The notes: generated by a model from the letters alone, not told the origin. Counted from the first letter of the stretch, positions 12,758 through 24,641 are shown. The stretch: DNA of 64,000 bases from Balanoglossus misakiensis (GCA_040954595.2 CM082597.2:6535849-6599848); one strand, 5' to 3'. Made by a program: numbers and translations.

Positions 12758-14725
12758 TCACTGTGCAAAGACTTTGAGGCAGTGATTGCCCCAGTCAGCA
12801 ACCACTACTTCCATGTCATCTGTCACAGCTACACCATGTGGGCGATCTAACCCATCCTCAGCTTTATCAATGCGACAGATGAATTTACCTCTGTTGTCAA
12901 ATTTCTGCACATTGTTGTTTTTCCCATCACTGACATACAGATATCCTGCTTTATCAGCCACTATTCCTTTTGGCCAATAAAGCTTACCATCACCTTCACC
13001 AAATTCTCCAAATGCAAACATGAACTCACCATCTGCATTAAATGCTTGAATGCGATTGTTGTTCTTGTCTGATACAAACACTACTCCACAAGTGTCAACA
13101 GTCAAGAACTCAGGCCCTCTGAGCTGTCCCTGTCCTCTGCCCAAACTACCAAATGATTTGATGTACTGACAATCATGTGTGTATTTCCTGATGCAGTTAC
13201 CCTCTTTGTCTGTGAGGGAATCATCAGCCTTTCCATCCCAATCACTCACATACACACTTCCATCTACAGGACTAATAGCAAGGCGGTAGGGATTCTTGAC
13301 TTCTTTCCCAAAGCATTTGATCAGAGACCCATTCTCATCACTCAAAACTATTTGTTTGTTATTCCTATCTGTCATGAAGTATTCATCATCAGCTGATATT
13401 GCAACATCGAGGGGTCTGAAAGGCTGTGCAAACTGAGTGAATGTGAAACTTGATTTGTATTTCCCATCCCTGTCAGTGATTTGTACTCTCTTGTTACTAG
13501 CATCAGCAGTGACAAAGTTTCTGTGTCTGTTAATACTGATACCTAGAGGGCGATTGAACTGCCCACCTTTGTTACCTTTACATCCAATGGTCTTCACCAA
13601 GCCTTTCTTTGTCTCTACTGTCACTGAATCTTCACGAAGCAATCCCAGCATTCCTCCATCTTTAGTCTCCTCAGCTGGCTGGAATTTCACCATGTCCACT
13701 CTGGCATCAATTTCTACATGTATCTCCATGGAAATAATTTCCTCCATGTGATGTATTGTCTCCTGCTTGGTGGCCAGGATCTGGGCTGGTGTCCCATGAT
13801 GCATCAGTGTCTCTATGTAGCAGCGTTGGCTTGCAATGTTGCCATGTTTCAGTTCCCACTCATCTATTAGAGCCTCCGTCTGCTTTACTCTCTGTCCATA
13901 TTTTGTCTGCAGCTCTTTAATCAACTGTTTCTCCTCCCTCTGTGCCTTCTGTATGACCTTTGCTGTTTTCTGTCTCACTTTCTGTTCTTCCTCCTGGCAT
14001 CTGACCATCAGTTTCTGTCTCATCAGTTTGGCATCTGTTTTACTTCTCTCTGCTCCAAGTTCTTTTTCGGTCACCTTACACAGCAGATCATTCAACTGTT
14101 TGGTGTAGTCATTTGCAGCATCTTGCAGATCTGTGTTGGTGTGTTTGTTGTGTTTGGTAACAGCACAAGCCGTGCATGCAGAAACCATACAGGTCTCACA
14201 GTAGACTTCGACAACATTTTCTGGATGGACACTGCAGAAGACTTTTTGTTGCTTCAGGAGAGTTGACGATTCTGTATTTTTGTATTCATCCAGTGTCATG
14301 ACCTTATGACCTTTCAGAATTTTTCTGTGTGGTTTAGTGCAGGAATCACACATATTCACACTGCAGTCCATGCAATAGTGAGTTCCATCATTTTCTTCAC
14401 ATCCGTTGCACACAGAAGGCTTTGAGTCACTCTCTGTAGGACGCTTTTTCAGATAAAGATCCGTCAAAGAGTTGATGAAAAAGTTGACTTTCAGTTCAGT
14501 CACACCCCCACCAGGAAGCTGACATGGCGTACTGCATGTTGGGCAGTTCAGCTTACCTTTCTTTGTCACCAGTGTTATCAGACACGACTCACAGAATGAA
14601 TGGTCACATGGCAAGACTTTGGGTTTCTTGAACAGTTCCAGACAGATCGCACAGGAGAGAAAATCCTCACCAAGCTCGTTCAGAACTTTGTCTAACTCGG
14701 AACCTCCAGGATATGCTGTAGCCAT
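12758..14725 (-). CDS. TRIM-NHL protein, copy 2, intronless CDS
   Basis: Same domain order as copy 1 and an intact ORF. ATG at 14725 (MATAYPGG). Confidence 0.93.
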   Translation of the reverse strand: MATAYPGGSELDKVLNELGEDFLSCAICLELFKKPKVLPCDHSFCESCLITLVTKKGKLNCPTCSTPCQLPGGGVTELKVNFFINSLTDLYLKKRPTESDSKPSVCNGCEENDGTHYCMDCSVNMCDSCTKPHRKILKGHKVMTLDEYKNTESSTLLKQQKVFCSVHPENVVEVYCETCMVSACTACAVTKHNKHTNTDLQDAANDYTKQLNDLLCKVTEKELGAERSKTDAKLMRQKLMVRCQEEEQKVRQKTAKVIQKAQREEKQLIKELQTKYGQRVKQTEALIDEWELKHGNIASQRCYIETLMHHGTPAQILATKQETIHHMEEIISMEIHVEIDARVDMVKFQPAEETKDGGMLGLLREDSVTVETKKGLVKTIGCKGNKGGQFNRPLGISINRHRNFVTADASNKRVQITDRDGKYKSSFTFTQFAQPFRPLDVAISADDEYFMTDRNNKQIVLSDENGSLIKCFGKEVKNPYRLAISPVDGSVYVSDWDGKADDSLTDKEGNCIRKYTHDCQYIKSFGSLGRGQGQLRGPEFLTVDTCGVVFVSDKNNNRIQAFNADGEFMFAFGEFGEGDGKLYWPKGIVADKAGYLYVSDGKNNNVQKFDNRGKFICRIDKAEDGLDRPHGVAVTDDMEVVVADWGNHCLKVFAQ

Positions 14726-15085
14726 CTTTGCAGTTCGTGTCAAAATGCTTGTAATCACATAGCAACACACTGTTCAGTATAGTGTCATTAATTTTGACTG
14801 AGTTAGGGGTTTATAAAAACTTGGCAAGCCACCAAAGTCACATGATAAATTGAATTCAGTGATTCAGGAAATACCAGGGTCTACCTAGTACTGGCTGAGT
14901 ACCTGAGAGTTGAGGTCAAAAGGTCAAACTTGAACACAATGAATCACTGAGACGAGAATGAATGTAAACTTATACCAGGTACAGTTGACAAATACCGATA
15001 TATTGAACTGAAAGTGGGACACATCATCACATTATACCAATGAACCGTCCCAGATTTCTTGGTACTCATTAGACATTGTGAGCTG

Positions 15086-15189
15086 TTTGTCTCTTCTTGT
15101 ATTTTCACAAATCTTTGCAAACATTCATTGCATATTATTTGTCTCTTCTTGTATTTTCACAAATCTTTGCAAACATTCATTGCAAATTA
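15086..15189. repeat. 52-bp minisatellite, 2 copies, upstream of TRIM copy 2
   Basis: Same unit as 6385-6592. Confidence 0.9.
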
Positions 15190-15879
15190 TAAACATACAC
15201 ATTGTGTCTGCATGAAAGTTCCATCTCTGGCAACCAATTTCCCAATACAGAATTTGTGTAAGGAACCATATTTCTTCATGATGGATGGTATTATACCTAT
15301 AGTGAAATATGATTGCTGACAACTAACAGTGTTACTATAGCAACACTACAAAAATATCAGACCATATTATTATATTTTTTGCTGCTTGTATATGAAATTA
15401 AGTTTCATTTCATTTGGCTTCATTTCCTAGATAAACAGTTTTTGATTTTACTGTTAGTCAGCAATTTCTATTCACTTGTTATCTCGGCTAGTACAGCTGT
15501 TTTTAAACTGGCTGGGGTGTTGAATCCACCCACAAGTTGAGGTCAAAAGTTCTGGAAGTAACACAATGGACAATTCTTTACACAAAGATAACAGTTGGAA
15601 ACTTTGACAGAGAATGAAAGAGTTGGCCTATATTGCAGGTTACTGTGTGAGTCAGTGGCTGATTGTATGATACAGTCTGCACGATAACCCCTCGATTAGG
15701 GCGTGTCTGGTACCAGTGATTTGATTGGCTGTTATCGAGTTATTGGCATGTTCGTCATCGTCTGACAAACCATTTTTAACATGAGTAGGGGCAAACTTTC
15801 ACGTTTCAAAATCCATTACTCTTTTACATTGCGTGAACAGTTTCAATCATGAATTGATTTTTTTGTAAACTTTACGACT

Positions 15880-16235
15880 AAATATTTTCGCAATGATTTG
15901 CGTATGCTGACAACCTATGTACGCATATCAACCCCTGCGCTTAATTTTGCCTACCCTCCACACAAATGGTTTACACTTCTGCCAAATTCATGTCAACACG
16001 AAGTGTCCGGCACAGAGTGTGAATGAAAATAGATAGGACGAATTTCAAGGACTGTAAACTTATTATTTTCGCAATGATTTGCGAATGCTGACAACCTCTG
16101 TACGCATATCAACCCATGCGCTTAATTTTGCCTACCCTCCACACAAATGGTTTACACTTCTGCCAAATTCATGTCAACACGAAGTGACCGGCACAGAGTG
16201 TGAATGAAAATAGATAGGACGAATTTTAAGGACTG
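15880..16235. repeat. ~180-bp tandem duplication
   Basis: 'attttcgcaatgatttgcg..aggactg' occurs twice here and once at ~7314-7485. Confidence 0.8.
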
Positions 16236-17290
16236 TTGTCCTCGCACTGTCCCACTTTCTGAAAACTTATCATTTTTATTTTTTGTTTTTCTATTTGGCA
16301 TAGTCTTGCCATGAATTGAAAGAAATGACTGTGAACCAGATTTGAATAGGTTCCTCAAATAACCACCATATGCATACATACTGAATTGTTACAACATGTA
16401 ATTTTTATCTTCAATGGTTTACATGGAACACCATAGATAATAACACCAAGAGATTCATCTATCGAAACTAATTAACTTTCTAATGAAGAAAAACGAATGG
16501 AGAGAAAATAAAACGCTGAGTAGGAGCTAGCCTTGACAAAAATGCCTAATTTGTAACCGCGCACACTTGTCGATCGATCGTATACAACAGCGGCTGTGAA
16601 CCCTGTTGTGACTGGTTCTGGAGGCTCAGATAAAAAACACGGCCCTAACACGCAGAGTTACGACTGATCTGTGATTAAAAAACATGCATTGACATACGTT
16701 TACCTCTAAATGCAACCCGAACTAAAGTACAATTAGCTAAGAACACCGAGGAGATACTTCCGTATTAGTCTGCCTCACATGAATGAGCAAATGATCTACC
16801 GTACACAGACGCTCATTATGCATGACCTGCCAGCCTTTCAACCAATAGATGCAGCTCTGTGGTATCACATGACATTATTAATGAGTTGATCTGCACACGT
16901 GAGAATTTCCCGCCATGTCACCAGACTTGACATTTACGCCCATTTTTTTAGCATATTGGAGCATATCTGCCAACGTAAAACTTTAAGGGGAGTGACAAAT
17001 GACAAGCTGCATTCAATAAAATAAAACTGGATTGGACAATGCGGCGCTAAATGCTCACATGACCGAAATCCAGCGTGTGTCAATCAATGGTTTTCTATGC
17101 ATGTCTTCAAACTCACGTGTTCCAAAACAAAATCTGGGTAGGCGGCAAACTGAGAGAGTTGCATTTTGAAGCTGAAAGATCCCTGGAGTCAACCATGTCT
17201 GGGTGTAGGGGTTTGCACTCTCCTAATAGCTCATACGTTCGAATAAAATGGACTCGAAAATAATAGCATTTTCTATCGTTTTCCTCATAT

Positions 17291-17632
17291 TTATATTATA
17301 CTACGGGCACATCTTACCATTTGACTGAACAATTGACTATTTTGGAATGAAAGGTCATATCAGAAGGGCGTATTTTTCATACAAGATTGCCGATATGATT
17401 TTTAGACCAAAAAGTACAACATATCAAAGAGAGGCCTGTAAATCCCGCGGAAAATGCACTCTATATTATACTACGGGCACATCTTACCATTTGACTGCAC
17501 AATTGACTATTTTGAAATGAAAGGTAATATCAGAAGGGCGTATTTTTCATACAAGATTGCCGATATGATTTTTAGACCAAAAAGTACAACATATCAAAGA
17601 GAGGCCTGTAAATCCCCCGGAAAATGCACTCT
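17291..17632. repeat. ~170-bp tandem duplication
   Basis: 'tatattatactacgggcacatc...ggaaaatgcactc' occurs twice here and once at ~8530-8700. Confidence 0.85.
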
Positions 17633-20600
17633 CTATTTGGTCATGTGGTGAGGACTCCTACGGAACAGGCAGCATCGCAGGACCCGCTTACCGGGACAGT
17701 CCATGACTTTCCGAACATGATAGTTGCAGCCTTTTTTGTACAGAGTTGACGCCAATCCTGCTAAATCCCCCACAAATGCTCCACCTCCAGAAATCAAATG
17801 GTTCTCCCCTTATATCTGCAACCCCAGCAAGGGAATTTCAATTTTTGTACTTTGGATTGAAGGTCCCATTGACTCAAGTAATTGCAAAATACAATCACAG
17901 TCACTCCACAAAGATGTATAGCGTTAATTCTCTAGAACTCCAACTTTCAAGTATTAACTGGGGTTTCTTATAAAAATATAAACATATGAAACGTAATAGA
18001 ATTATGAAAACCTGTTTATTCACCACATCAATTTTGCACAACAAATGTATCAGCTGTTAGTCCACACAAACTAAACATGATTACAGTGTATTCTTGGTTA
18101 TTTAAAAAAAAATGAAAGATTTCATCAAAATTTGTGGTCCACTAACAAATTTATGTCAAGGCCACTGTTGACCTGATAATAAACCCCTCATCAAGAAATC
18201 TACAGGAATTTCAGCTGGTTACAAAAAAATGTTGCTAGCTGTTTGGTCGTAAATTAAAGTTAAGTGGTCCAATGTTCATGTGATAAGTACTGAAGTCGAC
18301 AGAAACACAGTGTCTTGGTGATTACATTAACATACAATAGGTCTCAAATCAGTCAACCAAACAACTCAGTAATGTTCATTGTTCAGATTTGTGAGTTATA
18401 AGTGTCTATCAATCGTCAACCAAATAATCAATAATTTGCATGTTTGTTGTCCAGATTATTTATGAGTTATAAGTGTATATCGTCAAAACGAAAGTCAAGA
18501 AAAATAAAGTGAATACAACACGTTACAAATAATGAATTCTATGATTTCCTGTAAAATGACAAAAAGTTGTTGAAACAGGAAAATTTGATTAAAGTTCATG
18601 AAAGTAGAAAACCACTGATTACAGTCAACACATCACATGTAATCTCAAAAAACTAAAGCTCAAAAACTAAAATGGATTAAAAAACAGTACCATACACACG
18701 TTAGGATCTGATGAGGCGAAGTTGCTTTAACCCTTTCTCCACCATGGTTTGGTCTAACTCCATTGTTCTCCAATGGCAGAGTTGGACCTTTACACAGTGA
18801 AATGGGGGTGGAAGGGTTAAGGAAGTTCTCTGAATTGTAGTAAAGAAAATCTGAAAACATATTGTGAAATTATTTATCAACAGACATATTTATAACACTC
18901 AGCTATGAATTCATCATTCATTAAAGTGTGATAACATTGTTCCACAAAAAATAACATGGTGGAAATGTTCAAGAAATGTAGTAATCTAAAAAACATTGGT
19001 CTTGTTATAGAGCTGAATTATATATGTGTCTACTCTTTAAAAACATGAAAAATCGAGAAAAAAATTGTCTGTTTACATCAAAATATCAAAGACTTAGTGG
19101 CACTGAATAAAACTGAAGATTGATGTCCAGAACTGACAGATACGAGTGAATGTTCAGATGTTTCTTTGTTGATCTGTTGTGACATAAAATTGTTGTGTTA
19201 AAGCCCCAGTAATGTTTACGTTTGGATTTTTTTTTCTGTATTTTTTTCTCATGCATCAAATCCAGTTTCTTGTTCTTCTCTGGAGAGCTTTGTGAAATGT
19301 TCATTTTTTAGCTTCTCAACAAAGCCTGTATAAGAGTAACAGCCACTGTTATTGTTGACAAATGAATTGATGTCTTGACTTTAATTCATATTTAAACAAT
19401 AACACTGTTGATTACTACAAAATAGCTGTGTTGAAAAAACAAAAACTGAGAAATTGTTTAAGTCTCACAGAGAAGAACAAGAAGCCACAGATGATACTGA
19501 AAACAATAATATTGAGAAGATAGCCCAAAGTTGGAAGTTACTGGGGTTTTAATTGTTTTGTGATACCTGTCCTGATTTCCGTCTGACCCCAACTGGGTGT
19601 AGTCAGATTTGTGTCGGTGAAAAGTCACTGTAGATTTTTTGACTGACAAAAATTGTACAGTAACAAGTAGGTCATGACATACTCAATAAACAACATGTTA
19701 TCAGTGTCACCTAGGCAACAGTGGAATTGTTAGTCAGTTAACTGTTAATGTAACAATTGGACAACAGATATACTTTGCTTTAATTATGAACCATGTTAAT
19801 GTTCAGAATATGTTGCAGACAAAATGCCAAACTCTTGATAACTTCATATAATGTACTGATATTTTTGTCAGTAAATTCCTTTTCTGCTGCCACTGTTGAC
19901 TGTGACATAGTCCCTTCATGAAATACAAATCATTTCAATAATACTTGTAAACTTAATAAAAAACCTACACCACAAAAAAAATTAAAAATTGTGTAATCTT
20001 TGTTATACTCAGAACCCAAAATTCAAAGTCTCAATATTGAGTTCAATAAAAGAAATATCAGCTGATGTGAATACTGTATGATTTGCATGTCCCCCTTTGG
20101 AAAGATTTGTCATCTCAGGAAAAAAAAAACTACAAGTTTGCTGCCATCTTTCCAATCAAGCTGACATGGACACAAATGGGTAAAACATTTCCTCCTTCAA
20201 ATCTGGGGGTTCTCTCATAAGAATCAAAGAGATGTCTCTTTTGGGATAAATCTGTCTATTCCAACAGAAATGTCAACTATAGTTGTGAGAGTGTTGTATG
20301 CACATGGTCTCTGCAGAAGAATAGGAACCTCAGGCAACCAGTTTGCCGTCATAAGTCATTCTACAGTTGGTTTCATGTGCGTGACTTCAGATGCAATCTG
20401 AAGTTGAGCGATACATTAGTCATCATCTCAAGTTTTTTGTGACAGCAAGTGTCTGCTTGTTTTGTTGTTGTTTGTGTATCAACTGCAGTTTGTTGTTGAA
20501 ATCCCTACAGCATATGATGAAATGATCAGCCTGTATGTGTACAGATAGTATTATTATTGCTGAAAATTGAATTGAATTGAATTCCTTTATCAGCAATAAT

Positions 20601-21015
20601 AATGATGCATATGTCTGGGTTCTTTCAACAAACTGAACAGTGGCCATTTTAGAATGGTATTATAGTGTGGAATACGAACTCTAGTTCATATATACAGACA
20701 GAAATACTGAAAAAACAAATAGTGGGCCTTAATCTACAAACCAATGTGGCATATATGCATCCAGGTTCTGCCATCACCTTCACATGTAAGCCTTATTTCA
20801 GTGAAATACGGTAAAATCTGTGTAAACCAAACTCAGTCTGATCGAGAAACCTGTCTATACCGAACACTCTTTCCAATGCCCTTCACATAAAACCACATGT
20901 TGAAAGACCCTCTGTAAACCAGACACCTCTGCAAAGCGAACAATATTCTCACTCCCATTGGTGTCTGGTTTATAGACAGGTTTCACTACAGTTGATACAT
21001 TGAGATGTGACACTT

Positions 21016-22968
21016 TCACTGTGCAAAGACTTTGAGGCAGTCGTTGCCCCAGTTAGCAACCACTACTTCCATGTCATCTGTCACAGCTACACCTTGTGGG
21101 CGATCTAACCCATCCTCAGCTTTATCAATGCGACAGATGAATTTACCTCTGTTGTCAAATTTCTGCACCTTCATGTCATCACAGACATACAGATATCCTG
21201 CTTTATCAGCCACTATTCCTGTTGGCCAATAAAGCTTACCATCACCTTCACCAAATTCTCCAAATGCAAACAGGAACTCACCATCTGCATTAAATGCTTG
21301 AATGCGATTGTTGTTCATGTCTGATACAAACACTACTCCACAACTGTCAACAGTCAAGAACTGAGGCCCTCTGAACTGTCCCTGTCCTGTGCCCAAACTC
21401 CCAAATGATTTGATGTACTGACAATCATGTGTGTATTTCCTGATGCAGTTACCCTCTTTGTCTGTGTCAGTATCAATCTTTCCATCCCAATCACTCACAT
21501 ACACACTTCCATCTACAGGACTAATAGCAATTCGGTTGCGATTCTTGACTTCTTTCCCAAAGCATTTGATCAGAGACCCATTCTCATCACTCACAACTAT
21601 TTGTTTGTTATACCAATCTGTCATGAAGTATTCATCATCAGCTGATATTGCAACATCAAAGGGTGTGAAAGGCTGTGCAAACTGACTGAATGTGAAACTT
21701 GATTTGTATTTCCCATCCCTGTCAGTGATTTGTACTCTCTTGTTATCAGCATCAGCAGTGACAAAGTTTCCGTGTCTGTTAATACTGATACCATGAGGGT
21801 AATTGAACTGGCCACCTTTGTTACCTTGACATCCAATGGTCTTCACCAAGCCTTTCTTTGTCTCTACTGACACTGAATCTTCACGGAGGAATCCCAGCAT
21901 TCCTCCATCTTTGGTCTCCTCAGCTGGCTGGAATTTCACCATGTCCACTCTGGCATCAATTTCTGTCTCCATGGAGATAATTTCCTCCATGTGATGTATT
22001 GTCTCCTGCTTGGTGGCCATGATCTGGGCTGGTGTCCCATGATGCATCAGTGTCTCTATGTAGCAGCGTTGGCTTGCAATGTTGCCATGTTTCAGTTCCC
22101 ACTCATCTATTAGAGCCTCCGTCTGCTTTACTCTCTGTCCATATTTTGTCTGCAGCTCTTTAATCAACTGTTTCTCCTCCCTCTGTGCCTTCTGTATGAC
22201 CTTTGCTGTTTTCTGTCTCACTTTCTGTTCTTCCTCCTGGCATTCGACCATCAGTGTCTCTCTCTTCAGTTTGGCCAGTGTTGTGCTTGTCTTTGCTCCC
22301 CATTCTTTTTCTGTCACCTTACACAGCAGATCTCTCAACTGTTTGGTGTAGTCATTTGCAGCATCTTGGAGATCTCTGTTGGTGTGTTTGGGACTTGGAT
22401 GTTTGGTAACAGCACAAGCTGTGCATGCAGAAACCATACAGGTCTCACAGTAGACTTCCACCACATTTTCTGGATGGACACTGCAGAAGACTTTTTGTTG
22501 CTTCAGGAGAGTTGACGATTCTGTATATTTGTATTCATCCAGTGTCATGACCTTGTGACCTTTCAGAAACTTCTGGTGTGATTTTGTGCAGGAAGTGCAT
22601 AGCCTTTCACTGCAGTCAATACATTGGTGAGATGCTGCATTATCTCCACAGCCACTGCACATAGACTTGGCCTGTCCTTCGGGACCTTGTCTCTGATAAA
22701 GATCGACCAACGAGTTGATGAAAAAGTTACCTTTCAATTGAGGCACTCCACCAGCAGGAAGTTTACATACCTCACGGCATGTCGGACACTTCAACCGACC
22801 TTTTCCTTTCACCAACTTTATCAGACACGACTCACAGAATGAATGGTCACATGGCAAGACTTTGGGTTTCTTGAACAGTTCCAGACAGATCGCACAGGAG
22901 AGGAAATTCTCACCAAGCTCTTTCAGAATGTTGTCTAACTCGGAACCTCTAGGATATGCTGCAGCCAT
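21016..22968 (-). CDS. TRIM-NHL protein, copy 3, intronless CDS, divergent RING-to-B-box1 segment
   Basis: Same domain order and an intact ORF. ATG at 22968 (MAAAYPRG). Confidence 0.93.
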   Translation of the reverse strand: MAAAYPRGSELDNILKELGENFLSCAICLELFKKPKVLPCDHSFCESCLIKLVKGKGRLKCPTCREVCKLPAGGVPQLKGNFFINSLVDLYQRQGPEGQAKSMCSGCGDNAASHQCIDCSERLCTSCTKSHQKFLKGHKVMTLDEYKYTESSTLLKQQKVFCSVHPENVVEVYCETCMVSACTACAVTKHPSPKHTNRDLQDAANDYTKQLRDLLCKVTEKEWGAKTSTTLAKLKRETLMVECQEEEQKVRQKTAKVIQKAQREEKQLIKELQTKYGQRVKQTEALIDEWELKHGNIASQRCYIETLMHHGTPAQIMATKQETIHHMEEIISMETEIDARVDMVKFQPAEETKDGGMLGFLREDSVSVETKKGLVKTIGCQGNKGGQFNYPHGISINRHGNFVTADADNKRVQITDRDGKYKSSFTFSQFAQPFTPFDVAISADDEYFMTDWYNKQIVVSDENGSLIKCFGKEVKNRNRIAISPVDGSVYVSDWDGKIDTDTDKEGNCIRKYTHDCQYIKSFGSLGTGQGQFRGPQFLTVDSCGVVFVSDMNNNRIQAFNADGEFLFAFGEFGEGDGKLYWPTGIVADKAGYLYVCDDMKVQKFDNRGKFICRIDKAEDGLDRPQGVAVTDDMEVVVANWGNDCLKVFAQ

Positions 22969-23330
22969 CTTTGCAGCTTGAGTCAAAATGCTTGTAATCA
23001 CATAGCAACACACTGTTCAGTATAGTGTCATAATTTTTTGGCTGAGTTATGGGGTTTATAAAAACTTGGCAAGCCACCAAAGTCACATGATAAATTGAAT
23101 TCAGTGATTCAGCAAATACCAGGGTCTACCTAGTACCGGCTGAGTACCTGAGAGTTGAGGTCAAAAGGTCAATCTTGAACACAATGAATCACTGAGAAGA
23201 GAATGAATGTAAACTTTGACTGGGTACAGTTGACAAATACCGATATATTGAACTGAAAGTGGGACACATCATCACATTATACCAATGAACCGTCCCAAAT
23301 TTCTTGGTACTCATTAGACATTGTGAGCTG

Positions 23331-23486
23331 TTTGTCTCTTCTTGTATTTTCACAAAACTTTGCAAACATTCATTGCAAATAATTTGTCTCTTCTTGTATT
23401 TTCACAAATCTTTGCAAACATTCATTGCAAATTATTTGTCTCTTCTTGTATTTTCACAAATCTTTGCAAACATTCATTGCAAATTA
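23331..23486. repeat. 52-bp minisatellite, 3 copies, upstream of TRIM copy 3
   Basis: Same unit as 6385-6592. Confidence 0.9.
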
Positions 23487-24524
23487 TAAACATACACATT
23501 GTGTCTGCATGAAAGTTCCATCTCTGGCAACCAATTTCCCAATACAGAATTTGTGTGAGGAACCATATTTCATCCTGATGGATGGTATTATACCAATAGT
23601 GAAATGTGAATTTTTTTTCTTGAAGACAACTTGGTGGCAACTGACAATGTTACTATAGCAACACTACAAAAACATCAGATCATACTGCATTATTTTTTTT
23701 TTTGCTACATGTATATGAAATTAAGTATCATTTCATTCGATTTTCACTTAACAATTTTTGATTAAACTCTGCACAGTGGCCAAGAAATCTCTGTAAAAAA
23801 ATTCCTCCACCCCCCTGAATTGTTCTGTCCCTAATCTCTTTGGGGAATGGTGCACATATCATGGTGGAACTCAGTGTGTACCAAGCACTAAATTAAAGGT
23901 GTGCGATTGTACAAAGAAGTTTCAAGTGATTGTAATTACCTGAAGAAATATCATAAAACTGATGTGGAATTTCGAGTGGAATTTTTTAGTGGCTGTTCTA
24001 TTTAGAGCCTCCCCATATGACAGGAAGCGGTCGGGTAAAATTAACATGAGTTGTAAAGAAATTACGGTGGGGTGAAGTGTGTATTGGTAAGGAAGAGCCA
24101 AGAATGTAAAGTATGGTGGACAAGGGGCTTTGGCCACTGAGGGAAATGACCTTATAGTCCTATAAATCTCTGTTTATAGCCTATGCTGCAATATTTTCCA
24201 ATGCTAACCTGGTGACTACCACCTACTTTCATTGTAGCAACTGAGCTCTTGGCTCAATGCTCATTATTTTCACACGTTTTTTTCTTAATCTTAGACTAAG
24301 TGGATATAATTATCCATTGTCTACAGGTCTTGATAAAAAAAATTGTTAGAAATTGGCATTACTTTATGAAGTGAGAAACTTTATGCATATATTCAGTGTA
24401 CAAAATAAAGCCTGTCCGACAGTCCGAGACTGGTTGCTTTTCTGTCGGACTGGTAAAAATGAAATGTTACCAGTCAGGCAGACAGGTTGAATTTAGCATG
24501 GGAGTTGACCAGTGGTATCATGGT

Positions 24525-24641
24525 AATCTGATTAAAATCAGATGTAGGGAACGGCGACATGGTTTTTTGATGCTGTCGCCTCAGATGACAGAATAAAAAA
24601 AAAACACGTCGCCGTTCCCTACATCTGATTTTAATCAGATT
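24525..24641. mobile_element. ~115-bp hairpin element with 34-bp perfect inverted repeats and 11-13 bp flanking direct repeat
   Basis: AATCTGATTAAAATCAGATGTAGGGAACGGCGAC and its reverse complement. TGGTATCATGGTA at 24513-24525 and 24641-24653. Confidence 0.75.

Larger units (their letters stand above)
1..23768. repeat. Tandem segmental duplication, three units (<1-~6876, ~6877-~15454, ~15455-~23768), one TRIM-NHL gene per unit
   Basis: Position 1 aligns with 8725 and 17657. Intergenic DNA and the short spurious ORFs recur in every unit. Homology of the last unit ends after 'ttttgattaaact' at ~23768. Confidence 0.93.

Noticed and set aside
4052-22968. Assigning a symbol such as TRIM2, TRIM3, TRIM56 or TRIM71
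   Set aside because: No filamin domain, and the genes are a lineage-specific expansion. Orthology cannot be established without a phylogeny.
4052-22968. Diversity-generating retroelement or somatic rearrangement as the source of NHL variation
   Set aside because: No reverse transcriptase or recombinase, no template repeat, and no evident restriction of changes to adenines. Ordinary duplication, conversion and selection suffice.
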